This document shows positions 38,884 to 48,979 of a DNA stretch of 64,000 bases, one piece after another. Source of the stretch: an uncultured Candidatus Poseidoniales archaeon (lineage in GTDB: Archaea; Thermoplasmatota; Poseidoniia; Poseidoniales; Thalassarchaeaceae); the NCBI GenBank assembly GCA_963934165.1, contig CAWVXH010000002.1, positions 38,650 to 102,649 on the forward strand, read 5' to 3'. The position numbers and the translations under genes are program-made. Every line of letters begins with the position of its first letter. Position 1 is the stretch's first letter. The notes beneath the pieces were generated by a model. That model was not told where the DNA came from. It saw only the letters and a program-made list of their open reading frames with translations, and did not search any database.

Positions 38884-39293
38884 ACGGGTCGACCAACAGA
38901 AAGAAGATGGGCATGTGCTGAATTTATCATCTCTTTTTCTTGTTCAAAAGTCAATTGAGAGTGAGCAGATTCGAAGTCAAGCCACAGATAATTACGATGT
39001 TCATATGATAGTTTAACAGTCAATTCATCAGTTTCAGCAAGGTACCAATATACTTGTTTTGGAGTTTTTACACCCTTTCTGAAAAATGTATATTCTGTCC
39101 TCATCTCCCAGCCATCTAATATTTTGACCGATTTGATTCCCGTTTCTTCAGAAAGTTCCCTCACCGCGGTTGAATGATAGTCTGAATCAGTATCCTCTAT
39201 GTGACCTTTCGGAAAGCTCCAATGACCTTGAGGATATTGCAATAATAGGACACTATCATAATTGATTAGAATGAAACCACATGATGTCTCCAT
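38880..39293 (-). CDS. NUDIX hydrolase (asymmetric Ap4A hydrolase-like)
   Basis: GHWSFPKGH...AVRELSEETG Nudix box; LSYEH..Y.W. Confidence 0.9.
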   Translation of the reverse strand: METSCGFILINYDSVLLLQYPQGHWSFPKGHIEDTDSDYHSTAVRELSEETGIKSVKILDGWEMRTEYTFFRKGVKTPKQVYWYLAETDELTVKLSYEHRNYLWLDFESAHSQLTFEQEKEMINSAHAHLLSVGRPV

Positions 39294-39378
39294 GCAACAC
39301 ACGGAGAGGACTTTGCCTATTCAATTGTTGCAACTGAGTGGGAAATACAATTGAGTAGAGACCGCCCGTCAAGAAAAG

Positions 39379-40359
39379 ATGGAAGAGGCCGCGCTCGCTC
39401 TAAATATCAGAAGAATCGTTACCGATAGTGATCTCGACGGAGTTGTCACAGGCGCAATTCTGCGTCGTTGGTGGCCAGAAGCCGAGGTAGTATTTGGCCA
39501 CCCTGGAAACCTTCGAGCGGGCATGATGGATCATCTAATCGACCGACATACTGCGATTTGCGATTTGCCTAGACACGAAGATTGTGGACTCAGTATAGAC
39601 CATCATCAATCCAACGAACCGAATGCATCAGAGGATACCGAAACAGTAATTCTTTGGAGGCCAACACCATCTGCAGCAAGAATTGCCTATGATTTACTCT
39701 CTGAAAAAATCGATTTATCCGATTTGACTCAGATGATGATATGGGTCGATAAATTGGATGGTGGGGGCGTGACAAAAGAAGAATTCATGGGCAATCACCC
39801 CGTGGTTTGGCTCGGAAGAATTATCGGTTCTGATGCTGGAATAGCACTCCATATTCTTGAATCACTTCAAGCGGGCTCTTCTGTTGTTTCGATACTAAAC
39901 GACCCAATTATCGAGAGTATAGTGAAAGAAAGAAAAGCTCGTCAAAGTATTCTCGGCGAGTCAATTATTTCGAATATGAAAATTATAGATCGCCTTGCAA
40001 TAGTACGATTTGAAGATAGTGGATTTCGGTCGAATGGCTATCACATCACAGCCCTTGCAGGTGAAAATTGCGATGCTTGTTTGGTAATACACGGGGATGT
40101 TGGGGTGGGATTTGATGAAGAAGACAAGTATCCCGTCTCTGCCTCATTCTACACAAATTCATTCCTACACAAAAACGGCGGAATTTTTGATTTAACAAAA
40201 CTTGCCACACGTTTTGACTCCGATGGGGGTGGTCACGCAAATGCATGTGGTTGTAGAATAAAACCATTAGAGAATGGGGTGGTCGTAGATAGGATGGTTA
40301 ACTCAAAAGATATTGAGAAAAACCTCGAAACATGGCTATCATTGTGGTCAAATCGTTAA
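39379..40359 (+). CDS. DHH/DHHA1 phosphoesterase
   Basis: DSDLDG, CDLP, IDHH, PSAA, GGGHANACG. Confidence 0.9.
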   Translation: MEEAALALNIRRIVTDSDLDGVVTGAILRRWWPEAEVVFGHPGNLRAGMMDHLIDRHTAICDLPRHEDCGLSIDHHQSNEPNASEDTETVILWRPTPSAARIAYDLLSEKIDLSDLTQMMIWVDKLDGGGVTKEEFMGNHPVVWLGRIIGSDAGIALHILESLQAGSSVVSILNDPIIESIVKERKARQSILGESIISNMKIIDRLAIVRFEDSGFRSNGYHITALAGENCDACLVIHGDVGVGFDEEDKYPVSASFYTNSFLHKNGGIFDLTKLATRFDSDGGGHANACGCRIKPLENGVVVDRMVNSKDIEKNLETWLSLWSNR

Positions 40360-40826
40360 AGAAATTTGAAAAGATAAAGAAAACCAAGAAAGGCATGAAT
40401 CACTATCAATAACGCCATTATATCGCTAATCCTTCCGTGATAATCCTTGATTTGAGAAAATGATTGACCACTATCTCTTTTCGATTTCACTGCCCTGCCT
40501 AATTTCCTAAGGTAGAGAATCATTGCTAAACCAAGTAAACCAACCCACCCATGGAAATGACCAGGGAGTATATTGGTTGACGAAAATGAGCCGTTAATAA
40601 TCGAAAAATAAATCGCTTTCGAAACAAAGGCAAGAAGGATTACTCCCATTACTCCGTAGGTTAATTTTTCCCCAACTTCTTCGTGGTTTTTCAAGGCGAT
40701 TTTTCTGTTATCTGATTTTAGGAGCGATCCTTTTTGCCTCCATTTCCTCTGATTGAAGAAAACCCAAATCAATCCAAGTGCTGAAATTGGATGGAGGAGA
40801 ATGATGATTGTAGCTAGCGCTTCCAT
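40356..40826 (-). CDS. DUF4079-like membrane protein (cytochrome b561-like His pattern)
   Basis: Four TM segments with His residues: LHP, NHE, HFHGW, YHG. Confidence 0.65.
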   Translation of the reverse strand: MEALATIIILLHPISALGLIWVFFNQRKWRQKGSLLKSDNRKIALKNHEEVGEKLTYGVMGVILLAFVSKAIYFSIINGSFSSTNILPGHFHGWVGLLGLAMILYLRKLGRAVKSKRDSGQSFSQIKDYHGRISDIMALLIVIHAFLGFLYLFKFL

Positions 40827-40923
40827 GATTTTTGCTACATGATAGTCAAACTTGAGGTCTTGCTTTCACCCCCTTGCTTGGCAAAGCGGATAATTCATAA
40901 CAAAATTAACGGGCGAAGAGTCG

Positions 40924-43900
40924 TTGGAGTGGCTTAATTTGGAGCAGTATCTACTCGATTGTCTCGAAGACCTGCATAAAGCAGGTGATGATGAAGTACG
41001 TCGAAAGAATGCAATTCAGAGATCGGCAACATGGGGTTTACTCGATAAGAGTTGGAAACCTTTAGCAATTATGGCGGCCTCAAAAGAAGCTCCAATCGTG
41101 AAAGAAGATTCACAAGATCCATCTGGTCGACCGAGGGGTGCAAACCGAAGTCACCGGAGTCGAGGGGGGCGCCGTGGGGGGCGAGATTCAAGACGGGGGT
41201 TCGAGGATAATCTTCCCTCACCTGATCGAGTTTTAAGGGATGATCATTCAGCAGGATTCAAACTTGCTGTTTTAATTGCCCAGAAGCATAAAATGACTAC
41301 AAATTGGAATGATTCTTGGGATGGGAATTTAGATTTGGTAAGAATTGAGTGCGCTCAAGGGTTACATCCAGTCTGGAGCCGATTGGCACGTGAGGCTCCT
41401 CTCTTTGCTGAGATGGAGAGGTTTCCCGTAAATGAAATTGAAGTTGAAGTCTATGATTCGAGTGAATGGATTGCCGCTGCTCATATCGACCCAGAAGACT
41501 CTAAACAATTGAGAGAATGGCTTTCTCTCCCCCCCCCATTCAGATTGAATTCCGGCCAGGCGCTTGCACTGGATAAAATAAAGAAGGATCTTGCTGGAAA
41601 ACCACGGCCACAATCTTGGCCTAAAACAATGAAAGAATATTTGCGTGAACTTGAGGGGATTTCTGCAATCTTGGAAAGTTTAATTCTATTGGGTTCAAAA
41701 CATCTCGATTCAATCGATTCATTAGGCCGGGTTGGTAATAATGATTCATTACAATCATTAGCTGAAAAACATGCGAGACTTTCGTCACATCGAAATGGAA
41801 ATTTCGATGAATGGTCGACATCAATCCAACAAACTGGTGATGATAATCTATCAAAGGCAATTAGGGTTGAAGTCTGGAAGAATTACAATTCTTCCTATTC
41901 AAATTTAACAAAAAAAGAGCTGCTCACGGGGTTAAAAATCTTGTCGGAAGAATCAATTCCCCACGCACTCAACTGGCGTATCGCGGAACTTTCGTCAGAA
42001 TCTGGGGGAATGAAAGAGGCACTTGCCATAAGCCAAAAATTGTCTATTGAGAATGATTCGCACCTAAGTATTGCTCTCAAAATATCTACCGCCACCAAAT
42101 CTCCGATTTTAGAAGAAAAAATTATTTCCGTGATTTCAAACATCTCTGAAAAAAGAGTTGCTGAAATAATGCAAAATGATAATTTGCCAATTTCAATTCA
42201 ATTAGCAGCAGCAGCGGTCCTAACAAATATCAATGATGTAAGATATACCAATGAAATTCTTTCAGTATTTACTAGAGCCGCTGACGTAACTTCTCTAGCA
42301 GAAAAAATGATTGCAGATGATTCACTAGCACTCGCCTATCCATTCAGAGCATTGATGGTATGTCAGCTGATATCTGCTGAAGATGCATTAAATATATCTT
42401 CGAATCTGAAAAATCTCAAATCTCACGCATTATTGGCTTTGGGAGAATCAACAGAAGATGATACTCTCTCTGAAGTATCACTTTCTCTAATATCTCTTCT
42501 CGCCGGAGTACCATCAAACATGGATTCGATTCACCAAAAACTCGATACTGATGGCGTTGTTATCCTAAATCAAGTACGAAGAGCCCTCTCTTCAGATGGA
42601 GATGGATTAGTCAAAGAATCTCTAATTGAATCATTAGAAAAATCGATTCGAACCGCAGATGTTTCCCATCTTGAGGCGAGATTGTTTTCTGCTTTGATTG
42701 ATGCTTTATATCTCAATTTAGCAGCCTTAGGATTACAAATGGGCGAGGTAGACAAGAAAGAAAGTTCAATAGAAATATTTGAAAAATTATCGGGTCGTAA
42801 TGAATTGACTAATAGAACGATTCGTTCACTCGATGACCTCGTTGTCGAGCACAGCATAGGAATTGTGTCTCTAGAAAAGTGGTACAGAATTAACGACAAA
42901 GATTCTGCTGAATATCATGTTGTAAGGGCTGCGGTTGAGAGAGAGAGGGGGAATCGTGCAAACGCCGCTCGTTCTTACAAAGAAGCTTCAATAAAAATCG
43001 TAGAAGATTATGAAAACTCATCAATTTTATTGAGAAAATCCTTGATTGAATTCGCCCACGCTGGAGTATGGGATGAAGCCGTTGAAATGATTGAAAATAA
43101 CCCCCAATTAATGGCTGCAGTGACACAAAAATTCCAGCTTTACCTGCATACCTGCGCAGATGTTTCAGCAGGATATACAGACAAAGCAACTCGCCGCTTA
43201 ATCGAGTTTGTATCAAAAGAAGAACGGACGGACCCTGAATTTGAAGGAGTCGACGCAGAATTCAATAAACGGCGAAAAGAATCGTTAGAATTACTCCAAC
43301 GATACCCTGATGAACATAATTTACCAAAGGAAATGTTCAGTGGAAGAATTCGTGCAGCTTTCAAGACCTTAGAAAAAAGTGGCGCTTCTCGTCAATCTGA
43401 TTTAGAGCGAAGATTCCATTTCGAATTGCATGATAAGAAAGATATCTTCGAACTGACTTTGCTCGGTGGGCAAATCGCTGAGAAAAAACCACTACGAGGA
43501 ATTCGAAGATTCGAAGAAGCGATTGAAACTGGATTTTTTGATGATTTAGGTATTCGACGTTTAAGAGATACACAGCGTGCTGTTTTCGTAAGTCACAGCA
43601 ATAGTATTCCAGTAAAAGATCGGAGGACTTTACACCATTTAGGCCTCAAACCACTCATTTTAATCGATACGAATGTGTTAATCGATGCTTTGAAAGATGA
43701 TTTGCTTAGAGAAATTTCAAGTGACCAATACGGATCTCTAGATTGGACGGTCGAAAGGTCGTTTCATATGATGTTAATTCGAAGAAGTAAGGGTGATGTT
43801 TTTGTTACCATCCCCCCATCGGCAAGAAGAGAGTTCAAACATCGAACGAAAAGTCCAGACTCCGTTCTAGATTTATTTGAAGGAGTCTACATCAACCACC

Positions 43901-44316
43901 AAGAATGGGAAAAAATCATTACTCCGGCATTCTTGAAAGAGAGGGTGGAAATTATCTTAAATTCATTCAACACATGGAACCAATTGATCGAAATAGCTAA
44001 TCGAGATGATGTAGAATTAGAAGAATTCTTGTTGAAGCATGAGCAGATTTTTGAAATGGTTGACCAATATAAAAGGGCGCGTTCTAATTCAGTACCAATC
44101 CGAACAGAATTGAAAGGCAAGGAAATTTATCCAGAAAATGGTGATATCGAAATTATGCAAGACGCCGCAGGATTGGCAAAATTGCCCCTTCAAGAAATTG
44201 GTTGCGTCTTAGTCGCGACAAGAGATTCTGATTTTAGATTGATTTCACGTGCTCTAGAAGAGGGATATGGTTTCGGCGTTATCTCTGATGCTCAGCAATT
44301 AAACAGTCGAATCTAA
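40924..44316 (+). CDS. Large helical-repeat protein with an N-terminal RGG tract and a C-terminal PIN domain
   Basis: RSRGGRRGGRDSRRG; TPR-like helices; PIN motifs ILIDTNVL, RREF, NGDIEI, VATRDSDF. Confidence 0.8.
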   Translation: MEWLNLEQYLLDCLEDLHKAGDDEVRRKNAIQRSATWGLLDKSWKPLAIMAASKEAPIVKEDSQDPSGRPRGANRSHRSRGGRRGGRDSRRGFEDNLPSPDRVLRDDHSAGFKLAVLIAQKHKMTTNWNDSWDGNLDLVRIECAQGLHPVWSRLAREAPLFAEMERFPVNEIEVEVYDSSEWIAAAHIDPEDSKQLREWLSLPPPFRLNSGQALALDKIKKDLAGKPRPQSWPKTMKEYLRELEGISAILESLILLGSKHLDSIDSLGRVGNNDSLQSLAEKHARLSSHRNGNFDEWSTSIQQTGDDNLSKAIRVEVWKNYNSSYSNLTKKELLTGLKILSEESIPHALNWRIAELSSESGGMKEALAISQKLSIENDSHLSIALKISTATKSPILEEKIISVISNISEKRVAEIMQNDNLPISIQLAAAAVLTNINDVRYTNEILSVFTRAADVTSLAEKMIADDSLALAYPFRALMVCQLISAEDALNISSNLKNLKSHALLALGESTEDDTLSEVSLSLISLLAGVPSNMDSIHQKLDTDGVVILNQVRRALSSDGDGLVKESLIESLEKSIRTADVSHLEARLFSALIDALYLNLAALGLQMGEVDKKESSIEIFEKLSGRNELTNRTIRSLDDLVVEHSIGIVSLEKWYRINDKDSAEYHVVRAAVERERGNRANAARSYKEASIKIVEDYENSSILLRKSLIEFAHAGVWDEAVEMIENNPQLMAAVTQKFQLYLHTCADVSAGYTDKATRRLIEFVSKEERTDPEFEGVDAEFNKRRKESLELLQRYPDEHNLPKEMFSGRIRAAFKTLEKSGASRQSDLERRFHFELHDKKDIFELTLLGGQIAEKKPLRGIRRFEEAIETGFFDDLGIRRLRDTQRAVFVSHSNSIPVKDRRTLHHLGLKPLILIDTNVLIDALKDDLLREISSDQYGSLDWTVERSFHMMLIRRSKGDVFVTIPPSARREFKHRTKSPDSVLDLFEGVYINHQEWEKIITPAFLKERVEIILNSFNTWNQLIEIANRDDVELEEFLLKHEQIFEMVDQYKRARSNSVPIRTELKGKEIYPENGDIEIMQDAAGLAKLPLQEIGCVLVATRDSDFRLISRALEEGYGFGVISDAQQLNSRI

Positions 44317-45282
44317 TGATTCTCCCAGACGACGCATTATAACTGTCGCAGATTCAATATTATCGACCGTCTCAACGCTCTTACCGGCAGAGAAGTATTG
44401 TTTCTTCTTGGCAGCAGAACCACCTTTTTTCCTAGACAATGCCCGAAGTTTAGAAAAAGATAAAATGTTCAAGAATAGCCTAGCAGTGTGTCGAAAACGG
44501 CCAGTTAGTAAACGCCTCATTAACCAAGAATTGTTCTGTTTGAAATGTTTTGAGCGAATAACAGATATCGGGACACCTGTCAAACGGTTGGTCCAAACAA
44601 TATCATCCTCTTTTGCTTCAACTATCGCATCTTTATAATCTTGAGGAGATGTGCATTCTGTAGTTGCAATAAATCGTGTACCCATTTGAACACCATCATA
44701 GCCAATGGCTAATACTTCTGCTAACTCCTTCTCACTACCAACTCCACCTGCACAAATTAGTGGCATTCCAAGATCGGATAATTCTTCATAGAGTTCAGCT
44801 GCTGATTTATCACCGAGATGTCCTCCTGCTCTGTCGTTAACACAAATCAAACCATCGATACCACAATCAATACCTTTCAATGCATGTATTCTAGTCGTAA
44901 CATCATGATAGACGACCCCCCCTTTAGCGTGAACTCGTTCACAAACCCAATCTGGTTTGCCAAGAGATGTTACAAAAAATCGGATACCTTCTTCCAAGGC
45001 GATGTCTATCCATTGAGACATTCGATCAAAATATTTCTTTGAACCCTTTTCTATTAGAGCATTGAACCCAATCGGCTTATCGGTTAGGCTTCGGATATAC
45101 CGAACACCCTCGCGAAAATCCCAATCATGCACATAGGTAAGTGAAGCAGGTTGGATAATTGCGATTCCCCCCCCTTCGGAGGCAGCAGCGACTAACTCGG
45201 GGTTCGAACAGGGAAACATCGCACCACAAATAATTGGATATTCTATGCCCGCCTCTTCTGTAAATTTATTTTGATAGCTCAT
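44299..45282 (-). CDS. Nitronate monooxygenase / FabK-like flavoenzyme
   Basis: YPIICGAM, ELVAAASEGGG, AGGHLG, ICAGGVG, GVQMGTRFIATTE. Confidence 0.9.
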   Translation of the reverse strand: MSYQNKFTEEAGIEYPIICGAMFPCSNPELVAAASEGGGIAIIQPASLTYVHDWDFREGVRYIRSLTDKPIGFNALIEKGSKKYFDRMSQWIDIALEEGIRFFVTSLGKPDWVCERVHAKGGVVYHDVTTRIHALKGIDCGIDGLICVNDRAGGHLGDKSAAELYEELSDLGMPLICAGGVGSEKELAEVLAIGYDGVQMGTRFIATTECTSPQDYKDAIVEAKEDDIVWTNRLTGVPISVIRSKHFKQNNSWLMRRLLTGRFRHTARLFLNILSFSKLRALSRKKGGSAAKKKQYFSAGKSVETVDNIESATVIMRRLGESLDSTV

Positions 45283-45783
45283 TCAATCACCTCTCATTGA
45301 AAGGAAGTTCCATTCAAATTTCCAATCCGAAACAACATCGCCATCAGAATCGATTCCTTTTGCGTGCATCACACAATTTACCGATTTACCACTAATTTCA
45401 GATTCTTCAATCGCTGCTCTGGCTTTTCCAGCATCCTCACAAACAAATTTGATGCGCCCTTTAGCTTGTTTAACGAATTTGACATCAGTGCCAATAACGA
45501 ACATACGTATTTTTCCTGAATAGGCTCTAGAGAGTGCAAAAGGTGTGGCACCGGTTGCGAATTCGGCTGCCATACCTTGTGCAGCCCAGTACATCGTTTT
45601 GAACGGATTTTGAGAACGCCATCCACCCTTGACTGAAATTTGGCAATAATCTTCGTTTACCTCATCAATTTTGAGACCTACGAAAGCAGCAGAAGGCATC
45701 GAAATCAGAGTGAAAAAACTGAACCGAAGGGGTTTCAACAAACCTCGATACTCTTGTTCCAACTTACTCTGATCAATCGTCAA
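45283..45783 (-). CDS. DUF4442 hot-dog fold (PaaI-like thioesterase)
   Basis: QNPFKTMYWAAQGMAAEFATG, F.K.AKG.I.F.C. Confidence 0.82.
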   Translation of the reverse strand: MTIDQSKLEQEYRGLLKPLRFSFFTLISMPSAAFVGLKIDEVNEDYCQISVKGGWRSQNPFKTMYWAAQGMAAEFATGATPFALSRAYSGKIRMFVIGTDVKFVKQAKGRIKFVCEDAGKARAAIEESEISGKSVNCVMHAKGIDSDGDVVSDWKFEWNFLSMRGD

Positions 45784-45786
45784 CGG

Positions 45787-46065
45787 CTAATCCCCCATCA
45801 ACGAAGGTGACTCGGAGTTCATCAATGAATCCACAAGGTCACAATATCGCTTCATCGCTTCATCGGCAGAAACTCCTCGTAATTTTCTCCAAGCGCGAAA
45901 TTTGGCCATGGCAACAAGGCCCGATATACCACTGATGCCTCTGGCATCGTTATCTGTCGCCTGTTTGTATAATGCATAAAGTTCCAAGAGTTGTTCATCA
46001 CTTGGCTTTACTTTCAATTTCCAAACCCTCTTGCTCGATTTTTCGAAGCGCCTCAATAGGTTCAT
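45787..46065 (-). CDS. Acyl-CoA-binding protein (ACBP)
   Basis: KPSDEQLLELYALYKQAT...AKFRAW..L.G.S..EAM..Y..LV. ATGA overlap with the upstream stop. Confidence 0.92.
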   Translation of the reverse strand: MNLLRRFEKSSKRVWKLKVKPSDEQLLELYALYKQATDNDARGISGISGLVAMAKFRAWRKLRGVSADEAMKRYCDLVDSLMNSESPSLMGD

Positions 46066-47168
46066 CGCATCGCCTCCAACCAATCTTCAACTATCTTGGC
46101 TCTCTCTGGCCGATCAACATGCGATGTGTGAGGCATATTCTCAATGGTGTGGATTTCACAATCGACTTCATCATTGTCGAAATGCTCGAGCAATAATTCG
46201 AAGTGGGTCGAGCCGAGCGTTTCGTCATCTTCTGCTTGAACAACTAGAATTGGGACCTTGGGGATTCCCCAATAAGGCAGTTCGGATGTTGCATAACGAA
46301 CCGGGAGGTCAGGATGAATTCGTTCATATTCTCGACGAAGAACATGTCGAACCCAAGGTCGTGCCATGACCATTTTTCCTGGTAATTTTTCATCAATGAT
46401 TTTTGGAAATGATGAAACTGGAGATTCAAGAATGATTCCTTTGAGAGCGTGTTCCCACCATCCAGATTGATGGCTGGCGAGCCGGATAGTGATGAAACCC
46501 CCCATTGAATGGCCATATATCCACAACTTTTCAGGCGTAAAACCAAGTTGCTGTGGGGCGGCTTCGAGAATGGCTTCGGCATCAGCAATTACTTTCAACA
46601 ATGTCCAATCCATTCTCCCTTGTTGAGTTCCAAATCCCCTTTGATCCATCCCAATGATATTAATTCCAAAGGATTGAATGTGTTGGCAACGTGATTCTCC
46701 ACGCCCAAGTGACGAATCATATCCATGTAAATAAAGCAGTAAATCTTTACTTGATTGATCTGATCTAAGTATATGCCCAACCATTTTTTCCTCCCCCCAT
46801 CCGAGGAAATCAAATTTTTCCCAACGATCATCAGTAACAGGTATAGAATGTGTTTTGGGGGTTGTAAAAACAGAAAGATAAATCTTCCAATAAACGAAGA
46901 GCCAGAGGCCGATTGGGACAGATGAGCCAAACAAAACAACAGCCAAACGGCTAGCCCTAAGGCGAGGAGATGCAAGTATGGCGACTGCCTCAAACAAAAA
47001 TACGATTGTCAAGACGGTTGGGACATCTGGGGTCCAAGTCGTTGGCGTCTTCGCATAGGCAGCTGCACGACGAGCTCTCAATACGATTTTGTCGCGCCGA
47101 CGAGAGCCTTGTAAAGGCTGCTTTCTTCGACCTCTTAACTTAAGCATACCAGGTTGAGGAATTGCCAT
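46062..47168 (-). CDS. Membrane-anchored alpha/beta hydrolase (lipase/lysophospholipase-like)
   Basis: Two N-terminal TM segments, LHG, DQRGFG, GHSMGG, D and H of the triad (EDDETL, MPH). Confidence 0.87.
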   Translation of the reverse strand: MAIPQPGMLKLRGRRKQPLQGSRRRDKIVLRARRAAAYAKTPTTWTPDVPTVLTIVFLFEAVAILASPRLRASRLAVVLFGSSVPIGLWLFVYWKIYLSVFTTPKTHSIPVTDDRWEKFDFLGWGEEKMVGHILRSDQSSKDLLLYLHGYDSSLGRGESRCQHIQSFGINIIGMDQRGFGTQQGRMDWTLLKVIADAEAILEAAPQQLGFTPEKLWIYGHSMGGFITIRLASHQSGWWEHALKGIILESPVSSFPKIIDEKLPGKMVMARPWVRHVLRREYERIHPDLPVRYATSELPYWGIPKVPILVVQAEDDETLGSTHFELLLEHFDNDEVDCEIHTIENMPHTSHVDRPERAKIVEDWLEAMR

Positions 47169-48970
47169 CACATCATCTCCAAAGGATACTTCATTAGATG
47201 TTTATGACCGGATTGTATGGATGCTGCCAAAGAAATAGTCTCAGGGAATATTCGCTTGAAAAATACTCGCGCACTGGCTAACTTTGCTTGATGAAACTTT
47301 GAATCGGGATTATCTAGGCATACTCTAGCCATCTTAGCCCACATATAAGCAAGTACAACATTTGCGAAATAACGCAAATAATCGCTTGCACCTGCTGCGA
47401 GGAAATGTGGATTGCCCATACCTTCTGTAACCATCAGTAAAGTTAATTGTTGTAGGCCTTTCACCCCTTGATGTAATGGTTTATTGAATTCTTCCATGCC
47501 TTTAACACCTCTATTTTCCTCGATAAAATCTACTAGTGGCCACATCAAATAGCGTAAATTTCTGCCGAGATTTTGTGTGATTTTTCGGCCGGCGAGGTCG
47601 AGCGCTTGAATTCCGTTGGTGCCCTCCCAAATCTTTGATATTCGGACATCACGGTAGAATTGCTCAACTCCGTATTCCGAACAATATCCAGCCCCTCCCA
47701 TAACTTGCATACATGTATCAATCGTTTCACAACCTAAATCTGTGAAGTGGGCTTTGACAATTGGAGTCAGCAAAGCAACGAGGGCTTCGACTCGTTCCCT
47801 TTCCTTCTCGTCTTTGCTATGCATCTGATCAAGAAGAATTCCCACCCAAACTGCGAGGGCTCTGCAACCTTCATTGTTAACTTTTGAAATTAATAACATT
47901 CGACGGACGTCAGGATGCACGAGGATATTATCCGCTGACTCTTGAGGGTCTTGAACACCTCTTAAATCACGGCCTTGGCGACGTTCTCTAACCCACTCGA
48001 GTGAATTCTGATAAGCGACTTCACCGAGAGCGAACCCCATTATTCCAGTATCGAGGCGTGCGCCGTTCATCATCTCGAACATCAATGCCATTCCATTATG
48101 TAAATCACCGACCAGCCAACCGACTGAATCATCGAAATTCAACACACAGGTTGGCGAAGCATGGATTCCCATTTTCTCCTCGATGCCCGAGCAAGTAACA
48201 CCGTTCCGAGTATCGCTCAATTCCTGAGATAATCCCCCAACTCCTCCAGATTGCCATTCTTTAGGCAAGTATTTAGGAACTAAGAACAAAGAAATCCCTT
48301 TCGTGCCTTCAGGAGAACCGGGGACCTTAGCGAGAACCATGTGAAGGATGTTTTCAGTTAAATCGTGCTCTCCAAAACTGATGAAAATCTTAGTGCCAGA
48401 AACAAGGTATGAACCGTCATCTTGAGGCAATGCTTTCGAGCGGATAATGCCGAGATCTGTGCCTGCATGAGGTTCGGTAAGGCACATCGTTCCAGCCCAT
48501 TCTTTAGTACCAACCTTTGTTGCATAATGGTCAACTAGACTCTCTTCTGCATGTGTAGAAATCAGATGATATACACCTGTAGAAAGCCCGGAGGCAACTG
48601 ACATAGACATGTTGGTAGCAATCGAGAATTCATTCGACATCACCCCCATGAAATACGGCAATCCCATACCTCCATGCTCTGGTTTTATTCCGGCCCCATA
48701 CCAACCAGTATCAACTCCTTCTCTGTAAGCTTCTTTGAATCCGGAAGGCATGATTACCTCCCCATTCTCGAATTTAAGGCCTTCTTCGTCACCAATTTGA
48801 TTGAGAGGAAGAAGGACTTCTTGGCAGTGCTCACCATAGCCTTCCATCAACATTTGAATATATTCGCTATCAATTTCTTCCTTTCCGAGTGATTGGGCGA
48901 CTTCGACTACATCGAAAACTTCGTGAAATAAAAATTCATAATCTTTGTAAGGGGGATTGTAAACTACCAT
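47168..48970 (-). CDS. fadE: Acyl-CoA dehydrogenase
   Basis: GTMCLTEPHAGTDLG, GTKIFIS, GTKGISLFLVPK, KMGIHASPTC, IWEGTNGIQALDL. Confidence 0.95.
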   Translation of the reverse strand: MVVYNPPYKDYEFLFHEVFDVVEVAQSLGKEEIDSEYIQMLMEGYGEHCQEVLLPLNQIGDEEGLKFENGEVIMPSGFKEAYREGVDTGWYGAGIKPEHGGMGLPYFMGVMSNEFSIATNMSMSVASGLSTGVYHLISTHAEESLVDHYATKVGTKEWAGTMCLTEPHAGTDLGIIRSKALPQDDGSYLVSGTKIFISFGEHDLTENILHMVLAKVPGSPEGTKGISLFLVPKYLPKEWQSGGVGGLSQELSDTRNGVTCSGIEEKMGIHASPTCVLNFDDSVGWLVGDLHNGMALMFEMMNGARLDTGIMGFALGEVAYQNSLEWVRERRQGRDLRGVQDPQESADNILVHPDVRRMLLISKVNNEGCRALAVWVGILLDQMHSKDEKERERVEALVALLTPIVKAHFTDLGCETIDTCMQVMGGAGYCSEYGVEQFYRDVRISKIWEGTNGIQALDLAGRKITQNLGRNLRYLMWPLVDFIEENRGVKGMEEFNKPLHQGVKGLQQLTLLMVTEGMGNPHFLAAGASDYLRYFANVVLAYMWAKMARVCLDNPDSKFHQAKLASARVFFKRIFPETISLAASIQSGHKHLMKYPLEMM

Positions 48971-48979
48971 TTTCTCACC

